Assembly: GCF_032191835.1 (NCBI RefSeq)
Contig: NC_083237.1
Location: 16,926,001 to 16,990,000 of the forward strand
DNA: 64,000 nucleotides
Reading direction: 5' to 3'
Origin: Heteronotia binoei
Taxonomy: Eukaryota
Shown: positions 47,571 to 59,729 of the stretch, one piece after another
Position numbering within the stretch: position 1 is the first letter of the stretch
How the letters are laid out: each line of letters begins with the position of its first letter
Made by a program: the position numbers and the translations under genes
The notes under the pieces: model-generated
Seen by the model: the letters and a program-made list of their open reading frames with translations, nothing else
Told to the model about the DNA's origin: nothing
Databases searched by the model: none

Positions 47571-47836
47571 GGGCGTTTTCCCACAGAACTTACCGCAGAG
47601 CGACGTCCCTCTTCACCGCGCAGCATCTGCGCGGATTTCACACCAACTGCTCCGAAGAACCAGGAAGTGCCGGGCCTTTTGCATCGCAAATGTAAACCAC
47701 TAAAAACCAGTTTACATTAGCAACGCAAAAGCCGTGGCTCTTCCTGGTTCCTCGGAGCAGTTGGTGGGAAATCCGCGCAGATGCTGTGCGGTGAAGAGGG
47801 ACATTGCTCCGTGGTAAGCTCTGTGGGAAAATGCCC
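47571..47836. mobile_element. 266-bp CpG-rich foldback MITE inside BovB
   Basis: gggcgttttcccacaga...tctgtgggaaaatgccc hairpin; shares its terminus and ccctcttcac motif with 36341-36627. Confidence 0.8.
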
Positions 47837-48885
47837 GGACTCTTTGCGACCCCATGGTCAAAATCACGCCAGGCCCTCCTGTCTTCCACCATCTACCGAA
47901 GTCTGCTCAAATTCGTGTTTGTTACATCAGTAACATTGTCCAGCCATCTCATCTTTTGCCGTCCCTTCTTCTTTTGCCTTCTGTCTTTCCCAGCATCAGG
48001 ATCTTCTCCAGGGAGTGCTACCTTCTTATTTGATGGTCAAAGTATTTGAGCTTCAGCTTCATCATCTGACCTTTCAGGGAACAGTCTGGGTTGATTTCCC
48101 TTAGGACTGAGTGGTTGGATCTTCTTGCAGTCCAAGGGACTCTCAAGATTCTTTTCCAGCACCATATCTCAAAAGCATCTATTCTTCTGCGCTTGGCCTT
48201 CCTTATAGTCCAGCTCTCACAGCCATATATTACTACTGGGAATACCATCACTTTGACTATATGGACTTTTGTTGGCAAAGTGATGTCTCTACTTTTTATT
48301 ATACTGCCCAGGTTTGCCATAGCTGTCCTTCCAAGGAGCAAATGTCTTTTAATTTCATGGCTACAGTCACCATCTGCAGTGATCTTGGATTCCAGAAAAG
48401 AGAAGTCTGTCACTACTTCCATGTCTTCCCCTTCTATTTGCCAAGGAGTGATGGAGCTAGATGCCATGATCTTAGTTTTTTTGATGTTGAGTTTCAAGCC
48501 TACTTTTGTGCTCTCCTCTTTCACCCTCAACAAGAGGTTCTTTAAGTCCTCCTCACTTTCTGCCATTAGAGTGGTATCATCTGCGTATCTGAGGTTGTTG
48601 ATGTTTTTCCCAGCAACCTTAATTCCGGCTTCTGCTTCATCCAGGCCAGCATCCCGCATGATGTATTCTGCATATAAATTAAATAAGTAGGGTGACAATA
48701 TACATTCTTGTCGAACTCCTTTTCCTATTCTAAACAAATGTTGTTCCATATCCAGTTCTGACAGTTGCTTCTTGACCTATATACAGGTTTCTCATGAGGC
48801 ATGTGAGGTGGTCTGGTACTCCCATCTCTTTAAGGACTTGCCACAGTGTGTTGTGATCCTCACAATCAAAGGCTTTAGTATAGTC

Positions 48886-49021
48886 CAGGGGTGGCCAATG
48901 GTAGCTCTCCAGATGTTTTTTGCCAACAACTCCCATCAGCCCCAGTCATCAGCCATGCTAGCTGGGGCTGATAGGAGTTGTAGGCAAAAAACATCTGGAG
49001 AGCTACCGTTGGTCACCCCTG
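48886..49021. mobile_element. 136-bp hAT MITE inside BovB
   Basis: caggggtggccaa/ttggtcacccctg; TSD gtatagtc/gcttagtc; same family as 60259-60394. Confidence 0.9.
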
Positions 49022-51450
49022 GCTTAGTCAATGAAACAGAAATAGACGTTTTTCTGATACTCCCATGCTTTCTCCATAATCCAGCGAATGTTGGCAATTT
49101 GATCTCTAGTTCCTCTACTTCTCTGAAACCCAGCTTGAAGTTCTGGTAGTTCCCGATCTACATACTGCTGAAGCCTAGCTTGTAGGATCTCTAACATGAC
49201 CTTGCTGGCATGTGAAATGAGTGCAATGGTGTAATAGTTTGAACATTCTTTGGCATTACCCTTTTTTGGGATTGGGATATAAACTGACCTTTTCCAATCC
49301 TGTGGCCACCGTTGCATTTTCCAAATTTGTTGACATAATGTGTGCATCACTTTAACAGCATCATCTTTTAGGACTTTGAATAGCTCAACTGGAATACCGT
49401 CATCTCCACTCGCTTTGTTGTTAGCAATGCTTTCTAACGCCCATTTGACTTCACACTGCAGTATGTCTGGCTCAAGGTCAGTGATTTCACTGTCATGGTT
49501 GTCCAGGACACTGAGATCCTTCTTGTATAATTCTTCTGTGTATTCTTGCCACCTCTTCCTGATGTCTTCTGCTTCTGTTAGGTCCCTACCATTTTTGTCC
49601 CTTATCATAGCCATCTTTGCATGGAACGTTCCCTTGATTTCTCCAATTTTCTCGAAGAGATCTCTTGACCTTCTCATTCTATTATTTTCCTCTATTGCTT
49701 TGCATTGTTCCTTCAGGAAGGCTTCCTTATCTCTCCTTGCCTTTCTCTGAAAATCTGCATTCAATTGGATGAATTTTTCCTTTTCACCTTTGCCTTTCAT
49801 TTTCCTTTTTTCCTCAGCTATTTGTAAAGCCTCATCAGACAGCCACTTTGCTTTCTTGCATTTCTTTTTCTTTGGGATGGTGCTAATTGCTGTCTTTTGT
49901 ACAACGTCATGAATCTCCATCCATAGCTCTTCAGGCACTCTGTCTATCAACTCTAGTTCCTTAAATCTATTCTTCACCTCCACTGTATATTCATAAGGGA
50001 TGTGATCAAGGTCAAACCTGAATGGCCTAATGGCTTCCCCAGTTTTCTTCAGTTTAAGCGTGAATTTTGCAATGAGTAGCTCATGATCTGAGCCACAGTC
50101 AGCTCCAGGTCTTGTTTTTGCTGACTGTAAGGAGCTTCTCCATCTTTGACTGCAGAGTATATAATCAATCTGATTTCTGTGTTGCCCATCAGGTGATGTC
50201 CATATGTAGAGTCGCCTTTTAGGTTGTTGGAAGAGGGTGTTCACTATGAGGGTGTTCTCTTGACAAAACTTTATTAGCTTTTGCCAGACTTCATTTTGTT
50301 CTCCAAGGCCAAACTTGTCAGTTGTTCCGGTTACCTTATGACTTCCTACTTTGGCATTCCAGTTCCCTATGATGAGGACACATTTTTTTGGTGTTAATTC
50401 TAGAAGGTGTTGTAGATCTTCATAGATTACATGGATTACTGTGATATTGAATGGTTTGCCTTGAATACGGACAGAGATCATTCTGTCATTTTTGAGATTG
50501 TATCCCATTACTGCCTTCCTCACTCTCGTTAACTATAAAGGCCACACCATTTCTTCTACAGGTCTCTTGCCCACAATAATAGATGTAGTGATCCTCTGAG
50601 TTAAATTCACCCATTCTTGTCCATTTTAGTTCACTGATTCCCAAGATGTCAATATTCAGTCTTGCTATCTCTTGTTTGACTACATCCAGCTTTCCTTGAT
50701 TCATAGATCTTACATTCTACGTTCCAATGCAATATTGTTCTTTGCAGCATCAGACTGTTCTTTCACATCAGACACATCTACAACTGAGCAACCTCTTGGC
50801 TTTGGCCCAGCCGCTTCACTCTTTCTGTGGTTACTTGGACTTGCCCTCCACTCTTCTTCCCCAATAGCATATTGGGCACCTTCTGACCTGAGGGGCTCAT
50901 CTTCGAGTGCCATATCTTTTAGCCTTTTGTTACTGTCCATGGGGTTTTCTTGGCAAGGATACTGGAGTGGTTTGCCATTTCCTTCTCCAGTGGATCACAT
51001 TTTGTCTGGGTTCTCAGCTGTGGCCTGTCTAACTTGGGTGGCCCTGCATGGCATAGCCCACAGCCTCATTGAACTACGCAAGCCCTCTCACCAAGTCAAG
51101 TCAGCAATCCCTGAGAGGGCTGTCACACATATAAACACACAAATATTGTAATGAAAGAGGCATCACACAAATCCACATGAAACAAACAGAGTTAGAGTTT
51201 TGTACTACTTGGTGAAACACATCTCTGCCCTCTCCAAAACAACCTCTGAGTGAATTGGGTGGTTGAACATCACCTACCAAAGCCATAATTTTTCACAATA
51301 GTATATTGTAAGAAATCAGAGGAAGGGGCAAAGCCAGCACACCATCTGTCTTCTAACACTGAGTATATAACTAATCAGACATTGGTTGGAAAGGTCATTT
51401 ATGAAGCATTACACAGTAGTAGAGGACATGTCTGATATCACCATCTAAAG

Positions 51451-51835
51451 CAGAGGTGACCAAACTTGCTTAATGTAAGAGTCACATAGAATACATGTCA
51501 GATGTTTGAGATCCGTAANNNNNNNNNNNNNNNNNNNNNNNNNNNNNNNNNNNNNNNNNNNNNNNNNNNNNNNNNNNNNNNNNNNNNNNNNNNNNNNNNN
51601 NNNNNNNNNNNNNNNNNNNNNNNNNNNNNNNNNNNNNNNNNNNNNNNNNNNNGGTGGAAAGAAAGCAACTTTAAGTGCATTCTCCAAGCTGCTGGCTGGC
51701 TTGACCTGGAGAAGTGATTTAAAGAGACAAATGCCTTCTCCAAGCTGGCCAACAGGGTGGTGGGGGTTTCAAGAACCACACAATATGTGTGAAAGAACCA
51801 CATGTGGCTCTCGAGTCACAGTTTGGCCACCCCTG
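51451..51835. mobile_element. hAT MITE spanning assembly gap 51519-51652
   Basis: cagaggtgaccaaac/gtttggccacccctg; perfect TSD atctaaag. Confidence 0.9.
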
Positions 51836-53107
51836 ATCTAAAGCAACTCATAATCCAGAGCATGCAAGGGCATTCAGTGGAAGCTGTGGAGAACTGCTGC
51901 CCTAGAAAATGCTAAGTTAGATAGAACACTTGTATTAGAGGCCATGAAGTTGACTGATTAGCAACACAGAGAATGTGTCAGACCTTCTTTCTGCCATCCA
52001 CTACAGCCCTAGGTTAATTCTGTATATGACATTATGTGCTTGGCCATCAGAGATCTCTGATCAGTGACCCATCATATAGTCTCTCTCTCTCTGTCTCTCC
52101 CTCTCTTTTGTAAAGTCCTCTTCTCACTTCTTCCTGCAACTAAATGTCACAGTGAGGGGTGGGATGGGAGGTTCCCAGGGGTCATTTTGTAGAAAAATAT
52201 GTGGTGGAGCTCATCCAGGGATTGTTATGCAGCTGCACCTACTATTCAATGGACAAAAAAAAGAAGACATTGGATTTATATTCCACCCTCCGCTCAAGAG
52301 TCTCAGAGCGGCTCACAATCTCCTTTATCTCCCTCCCCCACAACAGACACCCTGTGAGGTGGGTGGGGCTGAGAGAACTCTCACAGCAGCTGCCCTTTCA
52401 AGGACAACCTCTGCCAAAGCTATGGCTGACCCAAGGCCATTCCAGCAGCTGCAAGTGGAGGAGTGGGGAATCAAACCTGGTTCTCCCAGATAAGAGACCG
52501 CACACTTAACCACTACACCAAACTGGCTCTCTCAGAAGGTGGAACTCTCAGAAGGAGGAGGTGGAACCCTCAGAAAGGTTCATGAGCTGCGCTCCTGTGA
52601 GCTGCCACTGAATTCGAGGCCTAGAGGTTTCTATTCTTTGCTAAAGAAAAAAATCATTGCACAGTTCTCAGATTCACAGGGATTGGTTTAGTTTGACCAG
52701 TCCTTTCTGCATGCCAAACAACTTTTTCCCAACATGCGTAAGATTCTCCCATAGGATCCAGTCTGTTCAACCCAGTGATCATGGGTTTAACAAAACTTTT
52801 ATCACTACAAAAAATCAAGAAAAACATAGATTTGGAGCACTCTTTCTACCTCTGTGTTTGTTTGTGTGTGTGTGTGTGTGTGTGTGTAAAGTGCCCTCAA
52901 ACAGAAGCTGACCCATGGCATTCCCATACGGTTTTCAAGGCCAGTGATAAAGCAGATGTTGTTTGCTATTGTCCTAGTCTGCAAAGCCTAAAACACACTC
53001 ATATACACAAAGATCTATCTAAACATTGCATTCAAATCTTGTCTCCCAGCTGCCAACACTAAATGAAAGCTCTTTATTTCATCTTCAAACAATACTTTCA
53101 TCTGTCA

Positions 53108-54030
53108 TCATCTTCGCAATATTTTGGACACTGCCGCATGGATGTCCTTATTGTGCGGGGTGTAAATGATAGGATTGAGAAGTGGAGTGACCACTACATA
53201 AAAGACTTCAACTTGTTTGTCTGCGTCAGAAGCTGAGCTTGACCATGGTCTCATATACATGGCAACAACAGTAACGTAGTACAAGGAAACCACCAGAAGT
53301 GAGAGCCACAGGTGGAGAAGGCCTTGCGCCTTCCGGCAGCTGACTTCATCCGTAACACCGTAGAAAGTATTTGAATATAGGGGGTCAGGATAGCTGTGAG
53401 TGTACCTGTGAGGAGTACCCCTGCCAACACAAAAATGATGACCTCTGTGGTGTGGGTATCTGCACATGCTAGTTTCAGCACGAGAGGCAGCTCACAGTAG
53501 AAGTGGTTGATGCGGTTGGGTCCACAGTAGGGGTGGCGAAGGAGGCAGGCCACATTTATGAGAGCATTTAAGAAGCCACCTCCCCAGGAGATGGAAACCA
53601 GCTGCAGCTGTCGACCCCTGCCCATGGCTATGGAGTATTCCAGGGGATAGCAGATGGCCAGGTAGCGGTCGTAGGCCATGACACTCAGCAGAATGAACTC
53701 AACCGTGCCCATGTATATACTGACAAACATCTGGGCTGTGCAATGTCTAAAAGAAATTATTCCATTCCCAGCTTTGAGGTGAGCTAGCATCTGGGACATG
53801 CTGGTGGTGAAATAACAGATTTCCAGGCCTGCAAAGTGCTTCAGGAAGAAGTACATGGGCATGTGGAGATTAGGGTCGGACCGGATGAGCATGATGATCC
53901 CCAGGTTCTCCATGACTGTAAGTGTGTAGATGAGGAGGAGGGTGACAAAGAGCAGGATCTGGGATCTTCGGTGACTGGTGAGCCCCACCAGGATGAACTC
54001 AGTGATAGATGTGAGGTTCTCAGACCTCAT
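53108..54030 (-). pseudogene. Olfactory receptor pseudogene (single frameshift near 53290)
   Basis: Intact OR motifs to KAFSTCGSH; cacttctggtgg lacks one G relative to paralog cacttgctggtgg; the C-terminus LVVSLYY...PLLNPIIYTPHNKDIH continues in another frame. Confidence 0.9.
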
Positions 54031-54299
54031 CCTGGCCTCCTGCTGGTAGAGAAAGAGCAACGGTGAAAGAAAGCAGCATAGAAAAATGGACTGTAATCTG
54101 GAGAACTGAGTTTGATTCCTCACTCCTCCACATGCAGCCAGCTGGGGGACCCTGAGTCAGTCTCAATTCCCTTAGAACTCTCTCAGCCCCACCTATCTCA
54201 CAGGGTGCCTGTTGTGGGCCCTAAGAATTAAGCTATTCTAATGAAGGCACAATAAACTTCTTTCATTGTGTTGTGAAAGAAGGTATTGGTGTGAATCAC

Positions 54300-54650
54300 C
54301 CTCTTCAAGTACTTGAAGGGCAGTCATTTAGAGGATTGTGTGGAATTGTTTTCCGTGGCCTCAGAAGGTAGGACCAGAACCAACGGGTTGATATTAAATC
54401 AAGAGAGACTCCGGCTCAACATTAGGAAGAACTTCCTGACCATTAGAGTGATTCCTCAGTGGAACAAGCTTCCTCAGGAGGTGGTGGGCTCTCCTTCCTT
54501 GGAGATTTTTAACAGAGGCTAGATGGTCATCTGACAGCAATGAAGATCCTGTGAATTTAGGGGGAGGTATTTGTGAGTTTCCTGCATTGTGCAGGGGGCT
54601 AGACTAGATGACCCTGGAAGTCCTTACAACTCTGTGATTCTATGATTCTA
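54300..54650 (+). mobile_element. CR1 3' fragment
   Basis: ELFSVASEGRTRTNGLILNQERLRLNIRKNFLT...WNKLPQEVV; (attctatg)-type tail. Confidence 0.9.
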
Positions 54651-54686
54651 TTCTATTAATCACTCAAATAGAAGAGGAGGGGAAAA

Positions 54687-55036
54687 TAGGTTTCTCAGCC
54701 TCTCACCGGGGCAGAGTTCCCCCTGATTTTGGGTGCATCAACCCACGTCCGTGGAGCTGGCCATAAGGGGGTACCCTGCCCCCAAAGAACACCAGTGTAC
54801 CATGATGTGCCTGGAGTGATGACATCAACCGGAAGTGATGCTATTGCACCAGGTATGTTGCCAAGGGGACACTATCACTTAGAGAAGAACTCTATTATGA
54901 TCATGGAGTTTTCCCCTAAGTAATAGTGTCCCCCTGGCAACAAACTTGCTGCGATGGCATAACTTCCGAGTGACGTCATTGTGCTGTGCGTGAGAAGAGT
55001 TCTCTGCCCAGAGTTAGGAAGGACTTGGCAACCCTC
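54687..55036. mobile_element. hAT (Blackjack-like) MITE, different internal sequence
   Basis: Right end ttggcaaccct; TSD ggggaaaa/ggagaaaa. Confidence 0.65.
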
Positions 55037-55644
55037 GGAGAAAAGCAGTAGAAATTACCTCAGGATTCTGTTCTACCTCTCCAGTATTTATCTACAATCC
55101 CAGCATATAATTTGACACAGTTATTTGTTAAAAAGTGCCTTACTGACCACTTACAACATACGCCATAGCCTAAATGATCTTGGTCACTACTAATGGAAGG
55201 TATGGTGCTGAGGCCACACCTTGCTACCACACCCTGCTGGCTTGCTGGCCTTCCAGAAATCCAGTCAGATATTGCTGGAAACAGTTCAAAATCCCTCACT
55301 CCCAGGTACAGCCTCCATTATTCCTCCAACGAGTTACCAATGTCTGTTTTTGCTATATTTCTAATAAATTCAGTTAAAAATGATTCCCCCAAATTCTTTT
55401 ATCATTTTTGGCTCCTGACCCACAACTTCAGGCTGCCTGCCTGTTTTATTTTTTAAAAATAATTAATTTTATCAAAAAGCAAACATTTAAAGTACTGGAA
55501 TTAATTGTACTGTGTACAGACAACATCTCCTTAAAATGTGCCAAATCTCTATGAATTTAATTCTCAAACAAACTATGTACATAACACAAGAACATGGTGT
55601 GGGATCCAGGAGTAAAATGTTCTTGATTTCTCTTTCCACTTTAG

Positions 55645-55830
55645 ACCTCTAATTTCTGAATCATGCTGTTCCATAGGGTCCCTTGTCTCCCAGTAACAGC
55701 ATTTTAAGGGCTGAAGTGGGATGTGACAAAGTCCCATTGTCCTCATGGAAATCCCTCACAATCCTGGAAGTTACTACTGGTTCAAACCCATGCTCCTGTG
55801 TATCCTTCCTGAAGACTTTTCTATATGTTA
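55645..55830 (+). pseudogene. Highly decayed OR 5' remnant
   Basis: Acceptor-like tttctctttccactttag; atggaaatccctcacaatcctg resembles MGNLLTIL; actggttcaaaccca...ttcctgaag resembles TDSHLHTPMYFFLK; homologous to 60880-60997 in reverse. Confidence 0.5.
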
Positions 55831-55831
55831 A

Positions 55832-56097
55832 AAGGTAAAAAAGGTAGTCCCCTGTGCAAACACCAGTCATTTCCGACTCTGGGGTGACTTCGTATCATGA
55901 CGTTTTCACGACAGACTTTTTTTCCAGTCATCTACACTCCCCTCCCCCCAAGGTACTCATTTTACTGACCTTAGAAGGATGGAAGGCTGAGTCAATCTTG
56001 AGCCGGCTACCTGAACCCAGCTTCCACTGGGATCAAACTCAGGTCATGAGGAGAGCTTAGGACTGCAATACTGCAGCTTTACCACTCTGCACCACGT
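55832..56097 (-). mobile_element. Sauria-type SINE
   Basis: Reverse complement has a tRNA-like head cgtggtgcagagtggtaaagctgcag and tail tgcacaggggactacctt. Confidence 0.8.
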
Positions 56098-56864
56098 ACC
56101 TTTCAGCAAATGCTTCAGTAAGTGACAGCAATTCACAAAGAATTGGGGATTTACTCAGAATTTAACAACCTTACAGGATGCCCACAGTATGGAGTCAGTC
56201 AGGGGTCATTTTGTAGAAAAAGAGGTGCCGGAGCTCATTAGCACAACTTATTTGCATAACTCATTTGCATCTGCCACACACCCCTGACATCACCAGAAGG
56301 CGTACTACATTAATATCAGTTCAGCATCTACCTTAAAATGCTTCTTGAATTATAATTGTCATCATAAAACCTTCCTCCCATCATACTTTTAAAATTACTT
56401 TCTCCTATGTGGCAACAGTGGCATGAGGAAGATTTCCATCAGTCTGCTTTATGCATTTTGGTTATTCTCCCATTTTTTGGGGGGGGCAATATTAGAAAGT
56501 TTGTCAGATCTTAGAGTTCAGCAAAATTCTCACAGGGGGTTTGAACAATAGAGCCCAGAAGCAAGGGGTTTTTTGGGTGGGAGAGGAAGAGCACAATAAA
56601 ATTTAGAGGTTCCAGAGGTCCAGTCCTGGGAGCTCCTGCCCAAAATGAGGACTGGACTCTTTGAAATTCATAATCATACCCCTAGATGTCTCTTTTCTTT
56701 GTGTGTGCCACTCTAGCCTTCCATTCTTCCTATGGCTGCACGGGAGTTGGGAGCAACATTGGTGGTGCCTTTCATTAACTGCTTATGGCTGCACATTGGC
56801 CACACTTGTGTGAGCTTTCTGGTGGCTCCCACAACTTCCAATGTCACTGGCATGATATTACCAG

Positions 56865-57815
56865 ATGGGGCTGAGGACAGAAATGATGGAGGTGGCAAAT
56901 GAGCAGATTAGTGCCAGGGACAGGGAGAAGAAAGAAGCAGGAGAGAAGAACAAGAAGGTAGCTTCTGCTGATGGTTGCCCAGAGCTGAATCCATGGCCTG
57001 AATCTATTAACTTGTGTCTAACACTGTCCCATGAGCCCCGTGGTGCAGAGTGGTAACGCTGCAGTACTGCAGTCCTAAGCTCTGCTCACGACCTGAGTTC
57101 GATCCCCGAGGATGCTGGGTTCAGGTAGCTGGCTCAAGGTTGACTCAAGGGGGAAAGTGTAGATGTCTGGGGAAAGCAATGGTAAACCACCCTGTAAAAA
57201 GTCTGCCATGAAAACGTTGTGAAAGCAACTTCAACCCAGCATCAGAAATGACTGGTTCTTGCACAGGGAACTACCTTTACCTTTTAAAAACTGTTCCATA
57301 GGCTTAAAGCGGGAGCATGAGTCACTTCTGGCAAAACAGGCTACTAAAGAAAGTCACCCCATTAAAATTATCTTACCTGATGGCGAGATTGTTGACGTTG
57401 AGTCCTGGAAGACAACAGCATACCAAATTGCTTGTGGAATCAGTCGAGGTTTAGCTGACATTATCGCTGCTCAAGAGGTTTTGGATCTAAACCATTGTTT
57501 GGCAGGAAACAGAACCTTGGAACTGTTCAAATATGATCATGAAGACATTAAAGAGGTATACTGGCATTCCAGTGTTCACATAATGGGTGAAACCATGGAA
57601 AGAATATATGTTGTGGTATGGTACAGCTATAGAGAATGGATCTTATTGTGCTACAAGATGATGATTTCCCTGCTTTGGAACGTCGTGTGAGAAGATATTG
57701 GAGAAGCCACTTTTTGAGTGGCTGAATGTTGAAAAAGGAAATTTACAGTCCCGAATCCAATCATATCTATTTACATGAATGAATGAAACACACACAGCTA
57801 AATATGTGGATCATG
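56865..57815 (+). pseudogene. TARS1: Processed pseudogene of cytoplasmic threonyl-tRNA synthetase (5' part), split by a SINE
   Basis: ELNPWPESI (TARS1 ELNPWPEYI), then after the SINE LKREHESLLAK...PIKIILPDGEIVDVESWKTTAYQIACGISRGLAD...VYWHSSVHIMGETMERIY; a frameshifted YGTAIENG...DFPALE follows; no introns. Confidence 0.92.
57033..57289 (+). mobile_element. Sauria-type SINE inserted in the TARS1 retrocopy
   Basis: tRNA-like head, tail acctttaccttt, TSD actgtcccat/actgttccat. Confidence 0.85.
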
Positions 57816-57869
57816 AATATTACTGCTTGGGACATATCACTCAGTTTGCTGATGTTGTCCTCTAGCCTC

Positions 57870-58700
57870 TGTTAGAAGGATGGCAGAGTCATGTCCAGCT
57901 TTTCCAATAAGGTCTCCGACCTCCTAGACCGGGAGATAAGCAGCTTTATATGGAGACTGTGATGGACTGGACAGAACTCTCAGTGAGTGACAGCTGGAGG
58001 AACTCACTGTAACTGGCTAACAGCCGCTAATTGTAATAATGGTAACAGTTGAGAGAGGCAGTGAGAGAGAAATCTCTTCAGTCTGAGACAAAGCTGGAGT
58101 TTGAATCAGAATTCTAGTCAGTGTGAGAGCTCTAGTCGGTGAGAAGGAGTCTGAAGGAGCTAGCAGTTGCTCTTTTGTGGAGGCTCTTAGTTTGGGGCAT
58201 AGAGTATCATAAGCCAGAGCAAATCCAAATGCTCTGAGGAGGAGTTCTGATCCCAAGACTAACGTACAGCCTCCATTTGCATGAGAGAACAGGAACACAC
58301 TGTGAGAGGAACAAAGGTTCCTATGTAAGTTTGGAATCCTAGGAGACAGACTGATACCCCAGCAGAGACAAGGGGACTTGGCAAAAGGGTTTTGAGGCAC
58401 AAGAGAAAAGGGCCCTCAAAGGTGTCAAAGTCCAGGGTTATAGCTCTTCCTGGGAAGAGGATAACTAGTCTGCCAGGAAGAAAAGGTCTGTGGTGGGAAG
58501 GTCTGACACAGCCACAGTCAGTTCCTCAGAGAGAGCTAGTATGAATATCTAAAAATCAAAACCTTTACCAGCAAGGTTAATTTTTATGGAGTGTTGTCCA
58601 GTTGAGGGAAGCATGTTGTCTGAAAATAACAACTTGCCTACAAAAGGTGTTCCTGCATTTAAGTTTGTTTTTATGCTTACCCACAGATTCTAATCCTACA
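57870..58700 (+). mobile_element. Candidate solo LTR (about 830 bp)
   Basis: tgttagaa...ctaca termini and purine-rich interior; no clean TSD. Confidence 0.4.
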
Positions 58701-58707
58701 AACCTCT

Positions 58708-59155
58708 AGAACATAAGAACATAAGAGAAGCCATGTTGGATCAGGCCAACGGCCCATCAAGTCCAACACTCTGTGTCACATAAGAACATAAGAGAAGCCA
58801 TGTTGGATCAGGCCAGTGGCCCCTCCAGTCCAACACTCTGTGTCACATAAGAACATAAGAGAAGCCATGTTGGATCAGGCCAACGGCCCATCAAGTCCAA
58901 CACTCTGTGTCACACAGTGCCAAAAAATTTTATATACACACATACACTGTGGCTAATAGCCACTGATGGAGCCTGTGCTCCATATTTTTATTTAAACCCT
59001 TCTTGAAGGTGGCTATACTTGTGGCTGCCACCACCTCCTGTGGCAGTGAATTCCCCATGTTAATCACCCTTTGGGTGAAGAAGTACTTCCTTTTATCCGT
59101 TTTAACCTGTCTGCTCAGCAATTTCATCGAATGCCCACGAGTTCTTGTATTGTGA
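58708..59155 (-). mobile_element. CR1 3' fragment with triplicated 67-bp terminus
   Basis: FHNTRTRGHSMKL...RKYFFTQRVIN; units start at 58712, 58779 and 58846. Confidence 0.9.
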
Positions 59156-59729
59156 AACAATACTCTGTTCCTATTTCCTCCCTTCCCAGCCTATTTAAAA
59201 TAAATCTTATTCTGTTTTTGTTATAAAAACACAACCAGGGACATTATTTTGTTTCTGAGAAGTAAAATTTCGGTTCACCTGAGGTACTAAACAAGGTGTG
59301 ACAGGAATTAAAGTGGTCTCCTTTGCCCCTCTGGCCCCGGCTCATCTCAGAGACAATACAAATGGTCCATCCAGTCTAGCACTCTCTGTTTCAGTTGGCA
59401 GGACCTTTTCGGACCTTTCTGTGCCCAAATAATTCAGCTGGAGGTACTGTGGACCTTCATTCATGCAAAGCATCTGCCCACTGCTAACCTGAGTGACCTT
59501 GAAAGGTACACCTTCAACTCAGTTTTCAAGCTTTTGCCAATGATGGTAAATGAAACCTAATCATTCTCTGTTTGAAGAAAGAGATGCTTCATATTCCGGT
59601 GGCATCTCATACTTAGTGGAAAAGATGCAAGGATTGACTAAACTGAAGAAGACTACGGCTTTCCTCCATAGAGACTACTCCAATTTCTTTGCTCCTTTCT
59701 TCTGGCTCATTAAGAGCCTTTTTGTTTGT

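Larger units (their letters stand above)
47541..51119 (-). mobile_element. Full-length RTE-BovB LINE, inactivated, with two nested MITEs
   Basis: 11-bp TSD ctgtcacacat at 47530-47540 and 51120-51130; APE start MNQGKLDVVKQEIARLNIDILGISELKW; RT with LRYADDTTLMAE; (caa) tail; frameshifts split the ORF. Confidence 0.97.

Noticed and set aside
48091-49750. Plus-strand ORFs of 125-199 aa
   Set aside because: Antisense shadows of the BovB reading frame.
57033-57110. Possible tRNA genes (also heads at 13195, 39197)
   Set aside because: These are SINE heads that continue into SINE bodies; no complete cloverleaf or terminator.
58712-58912. Regularly spaced repeats suggestive of a CRISPR array
   Set aside because: Units are whole tandem copies of a CR1 3' end with no unique spacers, in a vertebrate context with no cas genes.
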